A stretch of DNA of 32,000 nucleotides, from positions 1,500,001 through 1,532,000 of the forward strand of contig NC_016070.1 of assembly GCF_000253055.1 (NCBI RefSeq), given 5' to 3'. Below, in pieces: positions 15,773 through 25,583 of this stretch. Every line of letters begins with the position of its first letter. Within the stretch, counting starts at the first letter, position 1. The translations under genes were made by a program, and so were the position numbers. The DNA comes from Thermoproteus tenax Kra 1. Lineage in GTDB: Archaea; Thermoproteota; Thermoprotei; Thermoproteales; Thermoproteaceae. Under the pieces are notes generated by a model. The model was not told the DNA's origin. It saw only the letters and a list, made by a program, of their open reading frames with translations, and searched no databases.

Positions 15773-16620
15773 AGGAACAGCCCCCTGAGCGTCTCTAGCG
15801 ATGGCAACGTCCACAACGTAAGTCTGCCGGGAACGCCGCCCGGGGCCAGATGTAACACGCTCAAGTTTTTGACATAGACCACATCGACGCCTGGCATATT
15901 GCGAGTGGCCCTAATGAGGGGGACGTCCGGTCTCGACACGACTATCAACAAACTCTTTGGGACCTTGTATCTTCTGCCCCTCATTTTGCCGATGCCAGAC
16001 CTTATCCTAATTTTATCGTGCGCCCTCACTACGTCGCTCCAAAGCTTTACCGCTTGGAGGAACTTCTTCGCATCCTCGGCTCTTTCCAGGCTCTCTACAT
16101 CGGCCGAGGCAACGACGGGGAGTTGGTCGACCTCTACTACGTGGCCGCGCGCTTTGACTAGAGAGGGATATGCCGTAGCCGCTATGGCGGATCTTATGGC
16201 CAACCTTCTCTCCTTCTTGTTGATCTCCTCGTGGAGCTTCTTCTCAACGCGCGGCGGGTGGGCCCTTCTGCCCCCCACTGTGTTCGGCGAAAAGCAGCCC
16301 CTTGGCCACAGATGACCCTTGTATCTGGGGATTCTGGCTATACCTAGACCTACGCCAAACGACTGACAGCTATGGCTCCTACCTGCGTCTGGGCTGACGC
16401 CCTTAGGTTGAAATCTAGCGCTTAAGGCACTTAGGTAGGCCCTCCTGATGAGGTCCACTCTGACAGGCTCGAAGAAGTGTACTGGCAACTCGACCTCGCC
16501 CACTTTAGCTCCGTCCCTTCCGTAGACTGCAACTTTGGCGGGAGGCTGCTCCGGTAGCGGCTTGAGATACGGCGCTAGATCCAACCTCTTGAGCTGGAGC
16601 AACAAGTGCTCGACGGACAC
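15769..16620 (-). CDS. rpl4: 50S ribosomal protein L4
   Basis: RFQPKGVSPDAGRSHSCQSFGVGLGIARIPRYKG...FSPNTVGGRRAHPPRVEKKLHEEINKKERRLAIRSAIAATA. Confidence 0.96.
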   Translation of the reverse strand: MSVEHLLLQLKRLDLAPYLKPLPEQPPAKVAVYGRDGAKVGEVELPVHFFEPVRVDLIRRAYLSALSARFQPKGVSPDAGRSHSCQSFGVGLGIARIPRYKGHLWPRGCFSPNTVGGRRAHPPRVEKKLHEEINKKERRLAIRSAIAATAYPSLVKARGHVVEVDQLPVVASADVESLERAEDAKKFLQAVKLWSDVVRAHDKIRIRSGIGKMRGRRYKVPKSLLIVVSRPDVPLIRATRNMPGVDVVYVKNLSVLHLAPGGVPGRLTLWTLPSLETLRGLFL

Positions 16621-16651
16621 GCCCCCTCGCTCTAGATACTATTTAAATTTT

Positions 16652-17671
16652 CTAAGCGCTTTTCTGGACGGAGAGCCAGACTATCTGCGGCGCGGCGGTC
16701 GGCGCCTTGGGCGGCGGCCTGACAGGGTGTCTGAGGACTATTAGGCGCTTCGGCGGCCCCTGCACGCTTCCAGCAAGTATCACGTAGTCGGTCTTGACCA
16801 AGCCGTAGTGCGGCCAACCGCCCCTTGGGTTGATCTCGGCCGGGTTTGAGCCGATCTTCAAGATCCTTTTGTTGTATTCACTCCTCTGGTGGAAGCCCAT
16901 CTGGCCTGGCCTCGGCTGAGTGAACATTAGGGCCGGGCTCTGTGGGCCTATTGTTCCAGTCCTTCTATGGCCCTTCCTGTGTTTGTGCCACCTGGGGAGT
17001 ATCGTAACGCCGAACCTCTTTATCACTCCCTGCCAGCCCTTGCCCTTGGTGATCCCTATGACGTCGATCAGCTTGCCCTCGGAGAAGACATCGGCTATTT
17101 TGACTTCTTTACCCAATATCTCAAGTCCATACTTTATCCTCTCGTCAATCGACGCAACTCCGCCTATGGGTATCTCGAGGAGCTCAGGCGTCTTTTTGCC
17201 TATGCCAGCTAACCGGGGCTGAGTGGACACTAACGCCCTCACCTCAACCGCCGCGGGCTTGAGTTGGTCCAACAGCTTTAGCCTATCCTCCAAGTTGTAG
17301 CTCTTGGGCAGGGTCTTGACGACTCTGGCAACGTCCCTAGGTATCTCGGGCGTCCAGACCTCGCCTATGCTCTTCCTATAGCCGTTCGTTGGATCTAGGC
17401 TGTACAGCCTAATCGCCAGTATCTTAAGCGGGGGAGCCTCCAGAACGGTGGCGGCCTTGACTATCTCCTTCCCAAAAAGCGGGCTCGTCTGTTTGTCCTC
17501 GACCAATACAGCGTGGATCATGCCTACCTTGTATGCCGCAAAGCCCAACAAGGATGGCTTCCCCAGTTGCGGGTCGGGCCACGTCCTGACTCTAGGCACT
17601 ATATCGCTGGCTCTCTTCCTCGGGTATACGCCCATCGAGCCGCGCCGCGGCCTATGTATCTTAAGGCCCAT
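16652..17671 (-). CDS. rpl3: 50S ribosomal protein L3
   Basis: IHRPRRGSMGVYPRKRASDIVPRVRTWP, GYKVGMIHAV, GITKGKGWQGVIKRFGVTILPRWHKHRKGHRRTGTIGPQSPALMFTQPRPGQMGFHQR. Confidence 0.97.
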   Translation of the reverse strand: MGLKIHRPRRGSMGVYPRKRASDIVPRVRTWPDPQLGKPSLLGFAAYKVGMIHAVLVEDKQTSPLFGKEIVKAATVLEAPPLKILAIRLYSLDPTNGYRKSIGEVWTPEIPRDVARVVKTLPKSYNLEDRLKLLDQLKPAAVEVRALVSTQPRLAGIGKKTPELLEIPIGGVASIDERIKYGLEILGKEVKIADVFSEGKLIDVIGITKGKGWQGVIKRFGVTILPRWHKHRKGHRRTGTIGPQSPALMFTQPRPGQMGFHQRSEYNKRILKIGSNPAEINPRGGWPHYGLVKTDYVILAGSVQGPPKRLIVLRHPVRPPPKAPTAAPQIVWLSVQKSA

Positions 17672-17743
17672 GGCGCCTTCTTTAGAGGGCTATTTAAAAT
17701 TAAACAAGCGACAACCTTAAAGGTAGTAATCGGGGTCTGTGTT

Positions 17744-18055
17744 ATGAAGAAGTGGGTGTGTTACGTCTGTGGGAAAGATATAGTCGAGGGCCAGATGTTC
17801 ACGTTCACAAATAAAGGCCCAGTCCATCAAGCGTGTCTCCAGAGGGCCATCGCTCCAAAGCTCTACCAGAGCGCGACTGACGCGGCGTTGTTCGAGCTGT
17901 TGTCATTAGCCAACGAGGGTATAGTCAAAATAAAGAGCCTTGAGGAGCTGATCGCCGATGAGGAAGCGAAGAGGCTCGCGGCCGAGTTCAGGAAGAGTCT
18001 GGAGGGCTTCGCAGCCCGTCTGACCAACAAACTCGTCGAAAGGATCGGCGCCTAG
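17744..18055 (+). CDS. DUF2175 family Zn-binding protein
   Basis: MKKWVCYVCGKDIVEGQMFTFTNKGPVHQACLQRAI... Start refined from the longer track ORF; TATA-like ccttaaagg about 27 nt upstream. Confidence 0.8.
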   Translation: MKKWVCYVCGKDIVEGQMFTFTNKGPVHQACLQRAIAPKLYQSATDAALFELLSLANEGIVKIKSLEELIADEEAKRLAAEFRKSLEGFAARLTNKLVERIGA

Positions 18056-19758
18056 AGGTCGAGGAAACCTTCCGGCGTTTTTATCTCGATCAACCCCCCT
18101 CTTCTGAGGATAGTCAGAGTTATGGGCCCATTGCTTACGACGAGCAGCTCTCCCTTGCCGCGGACTTCCCTCACGGGCCCCTCAGCTATCTGCGGATACC
18201 TTCTCCTGAGCCTATAAAGGGCCGTCAACGCGCTCATAAGCGCGGGGGCCGGCTTGAAGTCGTCCAGAGGCCTCCTGTTAGTGTGATCCGCCGCAAGTCC
18301 CTCGGCGCAGTGCTCCCCGCCGGCGTAGACGCCCGGGATCCCGGGCATAGAGAATATGAATGCATACGCCATCACGGCTCTCCGCGGGTCGCGCGCCAGA
18401 GAGCAGAACCTATCTGTGTCGTGGTTTTCAATGAAGGTGTACATATAGCGTAGTTGGGAGGGCGCCACCCTCGCGAGATAGCGCCTTATCCTTGATGCGA
18501 AATCGTCTGCGCTTATTCTATCAAGCGCAAAGAAGTCGATAAGGGCCTCGTATAACTCATAGGCCGTGAAGCCGTGGTGGACGCCCAGATACGCCGTAGG
18601 ATCGCCCGTATGCTCGGCGAGAAGATAGTGGGACATCCTCAAGTCGCCTAAGAGCTTCTCCCAGACCCAGGGAGGTATGCCATGAGCTACGTCGAAGCGA
18701 AAGCCGTCGGCTCTATCGCTCCAGAAGGCTAACACCGACTTGGCGTACTGCAGCGCCTCCTCCTTTGAATAGTCCAACCTGGGCATAGTCCACACGCTCA
18801 TAAACGTCTCATACGGCGGAGATCCTCGGAAGAACATCGCCCATTGGGATCTCGGCAGACTCCGAGCGATATCTATGGCGTATTGAGCAAGCTTCTCGTC
18901 TCTTATGAAGAACAATTCCCTTCTGTTGAAGACTCTGGACTTGAGGCCCACATGATGGAGGACTACATCAAGCACTATGGATAACCCCACAGATTTAGCG
19001 CGCGCCCTGAGCTCCTCGTAGGCCTCAAGTCCTCCCAATATATCGTCTACGTCCTTGTGGTCTAGAACATCGTATCGGTGGTAGCTCATTGCGGGATATA
19101 TTGGATGCAGATAGATAGCGTCGGCTAGCTCGGCTATATACTCCACCATATCAGCTATATCCCGTAGAGTCCCGCCGCAGAAGTCTCGCCTCAAGTCCCT
19201 ACAATCGAGACGCCGTTTGACTCTATCGGGCATGACCTCGTAGAGGGCCAACGGAGCCCACCTAGGTCTTGGAAACTCCCTAACTCTTTCAACTCTTATT
19301 GACGTATTGCAACACGCAATGTAGTACGGAGGGCCTCGTATTATCGATTTGTAGAGTACACTTCTTCCAACACGCGCCAACGGCTCAGGCCTTCCGCAAC
19401 GCTCGCCGCAGATGATCGGCTCCTCGACAGCGTAGACGCGAACCTCCACCTCGTCTCCAAAGGTGCCTACGTAGTATGGCGACGGCGCATGTAACAGTGG
19501 ACCTGGCGGCTCTAGATTGCATTTGACTTCGTCCAGCTTGACGCCGCCGACGGAAAGATGGAACGAATAACTGCCGGGCGGCAGCCGCAGCTTTGTGCAC
19601 GACTTACCATTAATCTCGCTTAAGGGAAGACCGCCCTCCAAACCTCCCGTGAGCGAGGACACAAGGTACACTCTCCCCGAAGTCTGCGAGCACACCTCGA
19701 CCTCGGCCACGACGCCGAAATACCAGTCGGGGGCCCACCTCTTGATGGCGCAGTCCAT
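18052..19758 (-). CDS. GH13 alpha-amylase family enzyme (cyclomaltodextrinase/neopullulanase-like)
   Basis: AIYLHPIYPAMSYHRYDVLDHKDVDDILG, VVLDVVLHHVG, ADGFRFDVAHGI, FIENHDTDRF. Confidence 0.9.
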   Translation of the reverse strand: MDCAIKRWAPDWYFGVVAEVEVCSQTSGRVYLVSSLTGGLEGGLPLSEINGKSCTKLRLPPGSYSFHLSVGGVKLDEVKCNLEPPGPLLHAPSPYYVGTFGDEVEVRVYAVEEPIICGERCGRPEPLARVGRSVLYKSIIRGPPYYIACCNTSIRVERVREFPRPRWAPLALYEVMPDRVKRRLDCRDLRRDFCGGTLRDIADMVEYIAELADAIYLHPIYPAMSYHRYDVLDHKDVDDILGGLEAYEELRARAKSVGLSIVLDVVLHHVGLKSRVFNRRELFFIRDEKLAQYAIDIARSLPRSQWAMFFRGSPPYETFMSVWTMPRLDYSKEEALQYAKSVLAFWSDRADGFRFDVAHGIPPWVWEKLLGDLRMSHYLLAEHTGDPTAYLGVHHGFTAYELYEALIDFFALDRISADDFASRIRRYLARVAPSQLRYMYTFIENHDTDRFCSLARDPRRAVMAYAFIFSMPGIPGVYAGGEHCAEGLAADHTNRRPLDDFKPAPALMSALTALYRLRRRYPQIAEGPVREVRGKGELLVVSNGPITLTILRRGGLIEIKTPEGFLDL

Positions 19759-19784
19759 TAAATAGAGTTTTGAGCTTCATTATT

Positions 19785-21896
19785 ATGGAGTACGCCATTG
19801 GCAAGAGGACCGTGAGGATACGCCTGGGCGGCGTCCCCTTAGTGGAGTTCTCGTTGCCCGAGGGGGAGCCGAGGCCGCGCGTGGAGATATCAGGGGAGGT
19901 CGTCAAGGCCGAGTGTTGCGGCGTCAGCTCTGCGATAACTATCTCGACGGACGGAGGAAAGACCACAATCTCGAAGGAGCTGGCCCTCGACGAGCACGTG
20001 CTCGGGTTAGGCGAGAGGGCGATGCCGGTGGATAGGAGAAGGGCCGTGGCGGTTATGTTCAACTTCGACGCATATGGCCACATTCCCTTCATGGACCCCC
20101 TCTATGTCTCAATACCCCTCGCCATATTCGTGAAAGGGGGCAAGGCGTTCGGCATTCTAGTGAACTCGCCTGCGTACTCAGTGTTCGATATGGGGGTAAG
20201 GAGCTACAGCTCGGCTGTAATCGAGGTGGAGGATCTGCCCGAGATCTACTTAATATTTGGGCCGACCCCCATGGAGGTATTGGAGACATACGCCGAGATA
20301 ACAGGCAAGCCGTTTCTACCCCCTCGTTGGGCCCTGGGGTATCAGATTTCGAGGTACAGCTACGAGCCGCAAGACTATGTGCTCATGGTTGTCGACAAAC
20401 TGTTGTCCGAGGTCCCTCTGGACGCAGTCTATCTTGATATCGACCACATGGAAGACTACAAGATCTTCACGTGGGATCGCAGAAAGTTCCCGAGCCCACA
20501 CGAGCTCATCTCGGAGCTTCACGGAAGGGGCGTCAGAGTCGTCCCCATAGTGGACCCCTATGTTAAGGTTGAGCCCGGATATAGAGTATTTGAGGGGGGT
20601 CTCCGTTATATGATGACGACGAAGAGAAACGAGCTCTATATAGCCAGAGGGTGGCCTGGCCTCTCAACATTGCCGGACTTCCTCAACAGAAAGACTAGGG
20701 AGTGGTGGGCCCAGCTAGTCGAGGCTTACGTAAAGGAGTACGATGTAGATGGCATTTGGTTGGACATGAACGAGCCTACGGTGTTCGGAGCCGATATAGA
20801 GGGCTGGGCCAAGATTAGGTCAGAGGCGGCGGCAGGCCTCAAGCCTATGCCGTTGCCGAGGGAGGAGTTGTTCAAGAGAACCGCGGCCGGGGCTGTACAT
20901 AGACTAGACGACGGCAAAGTAGTGGAGCACGAGAGGGCCCACAACGCATACGCCTACTATGAGGCGATGGCCACCTACGAGGGTCTGGCAAGGGCGGGCA
21001 AGAGGCCGTTCGTGTTATCCCGCGCAGGCTATGCCGGCATTCAGAGGTACGCGGCTGTGTGGACGGGCGATGTTGTGGCCTCGTGGGATGGCTTGAGGGC
21101 AGCTCTAATGGCTGTACTGGGCCTTGCAGCCTCGGGCGTCCATATGGTTGGAGCCGACGTGAGCGGATTTGCAGGCTACAGCGATCCCGAGCTTGTGGTC
21201 AGATGGTATCAAGCCTCTCTATTTTTCCCGCTCTTTCGTCAACATAAAGGCCGGGAAGGCAACGACGTAGAGTTCTTCGCACTCCCCGCTAAATACAGAG
21301 AGGCCGTAATAGAGGCTATAAAGCTCCGCTATAGGTTTCTGCCGTACCTCTGGCATCTGGCGTGGGAGGCCCACTTGACGGGCCGCCCCATAATAAGGCC
21401 GCTCCCACTGGAGTTTCCGGAGGACGAGGACTCCTACTCTGTCAATGATCAATACATGGTGGGCCCCTACCTCATGGTAGCCCCCCACTTGCGCCCGGCG
21501 TCCTCGCGTAGATCGGTATATTTGCCCCCGGGCGTCTGGATGGATTATTGGGGCGGGACAGTCCACTTGGGCCCATCGTGGATCGAAAGCACGGCCGAAA
21601 TACCGCTCTACGTGAGGAGAGGGTCGGCCATATTGGGCGAGGGCCTCCTCATGGTGTATGGGGACGGAAGATGGCTGATATACCACGGAGATGAAGAGGC
21701 GCGCACTATGGAGGTCAAGGCCGCGGGAGACGTAGTGGAGCTCTCCGGCGACGTCGTGGAGATAGAGGAGCTTCTGGTGCTAGGCGCTCGCTACTCACGC
21801 GCCGAGGTCGACGGCGCCGATAGGCCCGTCGTAAACGACACTCTGGGCACTAGGGTCGAGGTAGGGGGACGCGCCCGGGTGATAAAGCTTAGGTGA
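19785..21896 (+). CDS. malA: Alpha-glucosidase, GH31
   Basis: PPRWALGYQISRYSYEP, VDGIWLDMNEPTVFG, RPFVLSRAGYAGIQRYAAVWTGDVVASWDGLR. ATG at 19785 has a ttaaata TATA about 24 nt upstream; the track start is TTG 19770. Confidence 0.93.
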   Translation: MEYAIGKRTVRIRLGGVPLVEFSLPEGEPRPRVEISGEVVKAECCGVSSAITISTDGGKTTISKELALDEHVLGLGERAMPVDRRRAVAVMFNFDAYGHIPFMDPLYVSIPLAIFVKGGKAFGILVNSPAYSVFDMGVRSYSSAVIEVEDLPEIYLIFGPTPMEVLETYAEITGKPFLPPRWALGYQISRYSYEPQDYVLMVVDKLLSEVPLDAVYLDIDHMEDYKIFTWDRRKFPSPHELISELHGRGVRVVPIVDPYVKVEPGYRVFEGGLRYMMTTKRNELYIARGWPGLSTLPDFLNRKTREWWAQLVEAYVKEYDVDGIWLDMNEPTVFGADIEGWAKIRSEAAAGLKPMPLPREELFKRTAAGAVHRLDDGKVVEHERAHNAYAYYEAMATYEGLARAGKRPFVLSRAGYAGIQRYAAVWTGDVVASWDGLRAALMAVLGLAASGVHMVGADVSGFAGYSDPELVVRWYQASLFFPLFRQHKGREGNDVEFFALPAKYREAVIEAIKLRYRFLPYLWHLAWEAHLTGRPIIRPLPLEFPEDEDSYSVNDQYMVGPYLMVAPHLRPASSRRSVYLPPGVWMDYWGGTVHLGPSWIESTAEIPLYVRRGSAILGEGLLMVYGDGRWLIYHGDEEARTMEVKAAGDVVELSGDVVEIEELLVLGARYSRAEVDGADRPVVNDTLGTRVEVGGRARVIKLR

Positions 21897-22707
21897 CGCA
21901 GGGACCTGCGGGGATAGTGGCCACTATAGTTTGGCCGAATTGAGACAGACGCGTTTTCAACCCATTTGGTTCATCGGTTATAAAAACATGGGAGGGGCCG
22001 GTGCCCGAGACGCCGCCTATCGCGCCCATCTTGAGCGCGATGAGCGTGGGCGTGGGATCGTAGCCAAGCGCAAAGCCATAGGAGATCGCGTTTATAACCA
22101 TGGCCGACTTCCAGTCGCCGCGGAGAGCGTAGAGCACAGCGGCTCTGACTGCGCCGGCCACGGCCCGCATCTCTTCGACCTTCCCTCGGCCCTTTCCCCA
22201 TGGAGGTATCAAGACCACCACATCGCCAGCTACGTCCAAGCGCCTAAGGAGGGCCCTCCCGTTGTTGTCTGTGAGCCACGCCTCGCCGAGCGCGGAGGCC
22301 ACCGCATCATCGAACGCGCCGGTCACGCTTATCCCCACCTTCTTGCTTATTTCGGCGTTCAGCCGCGCGACATCTAAGGGATTTAGCCCGAGCCCGAAGA
22401 GCTCGTTTAACCCCATTATCATGGCGTTCACGGCAGCGCTGCTCGACTTCAGACCGCCCGCCGTGGGCAAATCGCCCCAGAACTTCACAGAGAAGCCGCC
22501 CAGTTTGAACCGCGCGCTTAGCTCCTCTGCAGCTCTGTACATAGGGCCCAAATCGACTGGAGCATCCGAGATTACCTTCAGCTCCCCCTCGCATACCTCT
22601 GCGTTGACTTTGAGCGATATGGGGAACGAGGCTCCCACGCCCAAAGCTAAGGCGTTGATTATGGATCCTCCGCCCCATGCGCACGTCTGTACGCACCTGG
22701 GCATCAC
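21889..22707 (-). CDS. aroK: Archaeal-type (GHMP) shikimate kinase
   Basis: GHMP motif [30 protein letters not shown] and [18 protein letters not shown]. Adjacent to aroC. Confidence 0.88.
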   Translation of the reverse strand: MMPRCVQTCAWGGGSIINALALGVGASFPISLKVNAEVCEGELKVISDAPVDLGPMYRAAEELSARFKLGGFSVKFWGDLPTAGGLKSSSAAVNAMIMGLNELFGLGLNPLDVARLNAEISKKVGISVTGAFDDAVASALGEAWLTDNNGRALLRRLDVAGDVVVLIPPWGKGRGKVEEMRAVAGAVRAAVLYALRGDWKSAMVINAISYGFALGYDPTPTLIALKMGAIGGVSGTGPSHVFITDEPNGLKTRLSQFGQTIVATIPAGPCVT

Positions 22708-23798
22708 TGAAGCGGCCGATCCCTCCTTATTAGGCCGGCCCTCAGCGCGTGATCGGCGATTACTATGGCCGCCATAGCCTCCAAGGCTACCAGAGCCTTG
22801 GGCACGGTGGTCACATCGTATCTACCTTTGAACTGAAGCATATAGGGCTCCCTCCTCGCCAGATCTACGGTCTGCTGAGGCTTCCTTACCGAGGGAGTCG
22901 GCTTGAAATATGTCCTGAACCACACAGGCTCTCCAACAGTGATGCCGCCCAACGTTCCTCCGACTTTGTTAGTGGCGAGCCCCACTTTTCCGTTTTTCAA
23001 GACTATGGGATCGTTGGCCTCGCTCCCCTTCATTCTGGACAGCCTTATGCCGGCGCCTATCTCAAAGGCCACTGCGCTTGGTATGGACATCGCCGCCTTG
23101 GCCAGATCGGCCTTTATTTTGTCGAAGGCTGGCTCCCCCAAACCAGGCGGAACGCCAACGATCCAGACCTCCGCCGCTCCGCCTATTGAGTCGCCCTCCT
23201 TGACGGCCTCCACGATTTTGTCCAACATGGCCCTCATGGCGTCTTCATCGACCACCGGGATAGGCTTGCTCCAGGAGGACTTTATGTCGTCTATTGTGTA
23301 TTCTCTGGATATCTGCACACCTCCCAGCTCTACTATGTGGCCTACTACCTCCGCCCCAATAATTGACAGTAGCCTCTTCGCAACGGCGCCGGCCGCCACG
23401 AGAGCCGCGGTGGTTCTCCCGGAGGCTCTGCCGCCACCTCTGTGGTCGTAGTTGGCCCCGTATTTCAGATAGTAGGCAAGATCGGCGTGTCCCGGTCTCG
23501 GCCTCATCCATAGCTCATCGTAGTAGCTCGAGATCACTCTTTTGTTCCAGAGGACTATCGCTATAGGAGTGCCCTGAGTCCTCCCCTCTTTTATTCCCGA
23601 GAGCACCTCGAACTCCTCAGGCTCGCAACGAGGGTTCAAGACCGGGATGTTGCAGAACATCCTTCTGTCGAGCTCCCTCCTTATGTCCTCCTCAGTCAGA
23701 GGAAGCCCGGCTGGGACGCCGTCTATGACTACGCCTATCGCCTTCCCGTGGCTCTCGCCGAAGGTCGCCACCCTGAGCTCTCTGCCGAAGAATGACAT
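22704..23798 (-). CDS. aroC: Chorismate synthase
   Basis: [31 protein letters not shown]; [28 protein letters not shown]; [28 protein letters not shown]. Start refined to ATG 23798. Confidence 0.96.
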   Translation of the reverse strand: MSFFGRELRVATFGESHGKAIGVVIDGVPAGLPLTEEDIRRELDRRMFCNIPVLNPRCEPEEFEVLSGIKEGRTQGTPIAIVLWNKRVISSYYDELWMRPRPGHADLAYYLKYGANYDHRGGGRASGRTTAALVAAGAVAKRLLSIIGAEVVGHIVELGGVQISREYTIDDIKSSWSKPIPVVDEDAMRAMLDKIVEAVKEGDSIGGAAEVWIVGVPPGLGEPAFDKIKADLAKAAMSIPSAVAFEIGAGIRLSRMKGSEANDPIVLKNGKVGLATNKVGGTLGGITVGEPVWFRTYFKPTPSVRKPQQTVDLARREPYMLQFKGRYDVTTVPKALVALEAMAAIVIADHALRAGLIRRDRPLQ

Positions 23799-23822
23799 AA
23801 AGTATAGGTCTTTCGGTGTTAT

Positions 23823-24623
23823 ATGAAGCTGTTCGCCGTTATAGGACAAGGCGTCAGAGCCAAGTCGGCCTCGCCGGCCATGCACAACGCCTCATTTAGG
23901 AGACTGGGCGTGGATGCTCACTATCTGGCAATAGAAGTTCCGGCGCACTCGCTTCGTTGTTTCACTGATCTGGCCCGCCTCAACTTAGCGGGCTTCAATG
24001 TGACCATCCCGCTTAAGGAGCTTATACTGGAGCACTTGGACGGAGTCAATATGGAGGCCAGAGCCATCGGCGCCGTTAACACCGTGAAGGTTGAAAGAAA
24101 CCTCTTGGTCGGCTTCAATACGGACTTCCAGGCTATATATAGACTCGCTGGAAAGTATATAGAGGGAGGGCGTGTGTTGATCTTGGGCGCTGGAGGTGCG
24201 GCGAGAGCGGCCCTCTATGCAGCCATAAAGGCCGGCGCCGCCGAGATCGTTGTGGCGAACAGGACGAGGGAGAGGGCGTTGGAGTTGGCCAGAGAGTTCG
24301 CCGAAAAGTTCGGAAGGAGTATCAGAGGACAAGAGCTCGCGAATCTGCCGAAGGCCGACGTAGTGGTTAACGCCACTCCGGTGCACGACCGAGTATTGGC
24401 TCCTTTGGACGGAGCAAGGGCCTATGTGGAGTACGTCTACAATCCGCCTAGGACGGCTATGGTGGAGCTAGCGGAGAGCTTGGGCGTTTCCGTCGTGGAC
24501 GGCGTATCCATACTAGTGGAACAAGGGGCAATCGCCGAGGAGATCTGGCTCGGCGTCAATCCCGATAGAGAGATCATGAGGAGGGCCGTCTTAGACTTCT
24601 TGGGTCAAGGCGCCACTAGCTGA
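23823..24623 (+). CDS. aroE: Shikimate dehydrogenase
   Basis: [37 protein letters not shown]; [10 protein letters not shown]; [30 protein letters not shown]. Confidence 0.95.
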   Translation: MKLFAVIGQGVRAKSASPAMHNASFRRLGVDAHYLAIEVPAHSLRCFTDLARLNLAGFNVTIPLKELILEHLDGVNMEARAIGAVNTVKVERNLLVGFNTDFQAIYRLAGKYIEGGRVLILGAGGAARAALYAAIKAGAAEIVVANRTRERALELAREFAEKFGRSIRGQELANLPKADVVVNATPVHDRVLAPLDGARAYVEYVYNPPRTAMVELAESLGVSVVDGVSILVEQGAIAEEIWLGVNPDREIMRRAVLDFLGQGATS

Positions 24624-25498
24624 ACCGCCTTGCACATTTGGACTATAAGATCGAATAGCTGTTTAAAATCGCCGGCGCGCTTCAAGACCTCGGTCTCTCT
24701 AGCGTCGTCGTAGACCGAGAGGCCCAGCGCCTTTTTAGCCCTCCCTATTTCTCTACATACCTCGAGGCGCATTTTGAGCAAGTGCATCAAGGCGGCATCT
24801 ACGGCATCCAGGGCATCTCTCATGTCCGCGAGAGATCTGAGGTCTCCGTAGACGCCCAAAGACGAATATATAGCCTCCATAGCTCCATAGCCCATCTGGC
24901 CCGGCGCAACGGGCTGTTCCAACGCTGCATACGTAAATGGAGCTCCCATCAGTGGAGCGAAGACCCTCGATATTAGCCCCATGGGCCCCATGGCGAAGGC
25001 TACGACGGGCCTCTCGAACTTGCCCACTAGAGATAAGAGCTTGAAGTTATCGTCCCAAGATCGGGCCATTGTGGCTATCTTCACAACGTCGGCGCCCAGT
25101 GCGATAGCCTCTCTGACCCAACTCTCTAGAGTCTCGCGCCCGGGCGTCTGCGTGAAGTCGTGTTTGCTCAAGATGACCTTAGTTGGGCCCTTGGCCTTTA
25201 TCAGTTCGCCGGCTATCGGCGAGCTCAACTCGACGTCGACGTAGTGGGGCCTCCCCTTTAATGCCCTAAGGTAAAGATCCAACCTCTCCTCCTCGTCACC
25301 TCTGAAATACCCTCCCTCGGACGCCGATCTGATCGTGACTATCGTCGTCTTGCGAGAGGCGAGCTGTTCCAGGAGGGCCAAGACAGGCGCGAGGTCGCCC
25401 CTATAGGGGTCCAGCCTTGCCTCAATACATCTAGCTGAGGAGCTCAATGCCTTCTCTAAATCCTTGGCCTTCTCAACTAGGACGGATGCACAGACCAA
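24605..25498 (-). CDS. aroD: Bifunctional 3-dehydroquinate dehydratase (type I) - chorismate mutase (AroQ fold) fusion
   Basis: N-terminal EARLDPYRGD, VILSKHDFTQTPG, DVVKIATMAR, AMGPMGLISRV. C-terminal DMRDALDAVDAALMHLLKMRLEVCREIGRAKKALGLSVYDDARETEVLKRAG matches the chorismate mutase helix pattern. Confidence 0.88.
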   Translation of the reverse strand: MVCASVLVEKAKDLEKALSSSARCIEARLDPYRGDLAPVLALLEQLASRKTTIVTIRSASEGGYFRGDEEERLDLYLRALKGRPHYVDVELSSPIAGELIKAKGPTKVILSKHDFTQTPGRETLESWVREAIALGADVVKIATMARSWDDNFKLLSLVGKFERPVVAFAMGPMGLISRVFAPLMGAPFTYAALEQPVAPGQMGYGAMEAIYSSLGVYGDLRSLADMRDALDAVDAALMHLLKMRLEVCREIGRAKKALGLSVYDDARETEVLKRAGDFKQLFDLIVQMCKAVQLVAP

Positions 25499-25583
25499 TA
25501 CCCCATGGCCTTCCGCGTTCTCCCAATTTTGAACTTTTCTGGCTGAGGACAGAGCCCTCGGCCCTCTGAGTTGGACGCAGCGG

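Noticed and set aside
21219-21686. Minus-strand 155-aa ORF antisense to the GH31 gene
   Set aside because: GH31 motifs continue through the region, so this is a typical antisense open frame.
22262-22777. Plus-strand 171-aa ORF antisense to aroK/aroC
   Set aside because: Antisense shadow of a well-supported gene in GC-rich DNA. Composition is Pro/Ser/Ala-rich and it has no promoter signature.
22903-23451. Plus-strand 182-aa Pro/Ser/Ala-rich ORF
   Set aside because: Antisense to aroC, which carries full family motifs.
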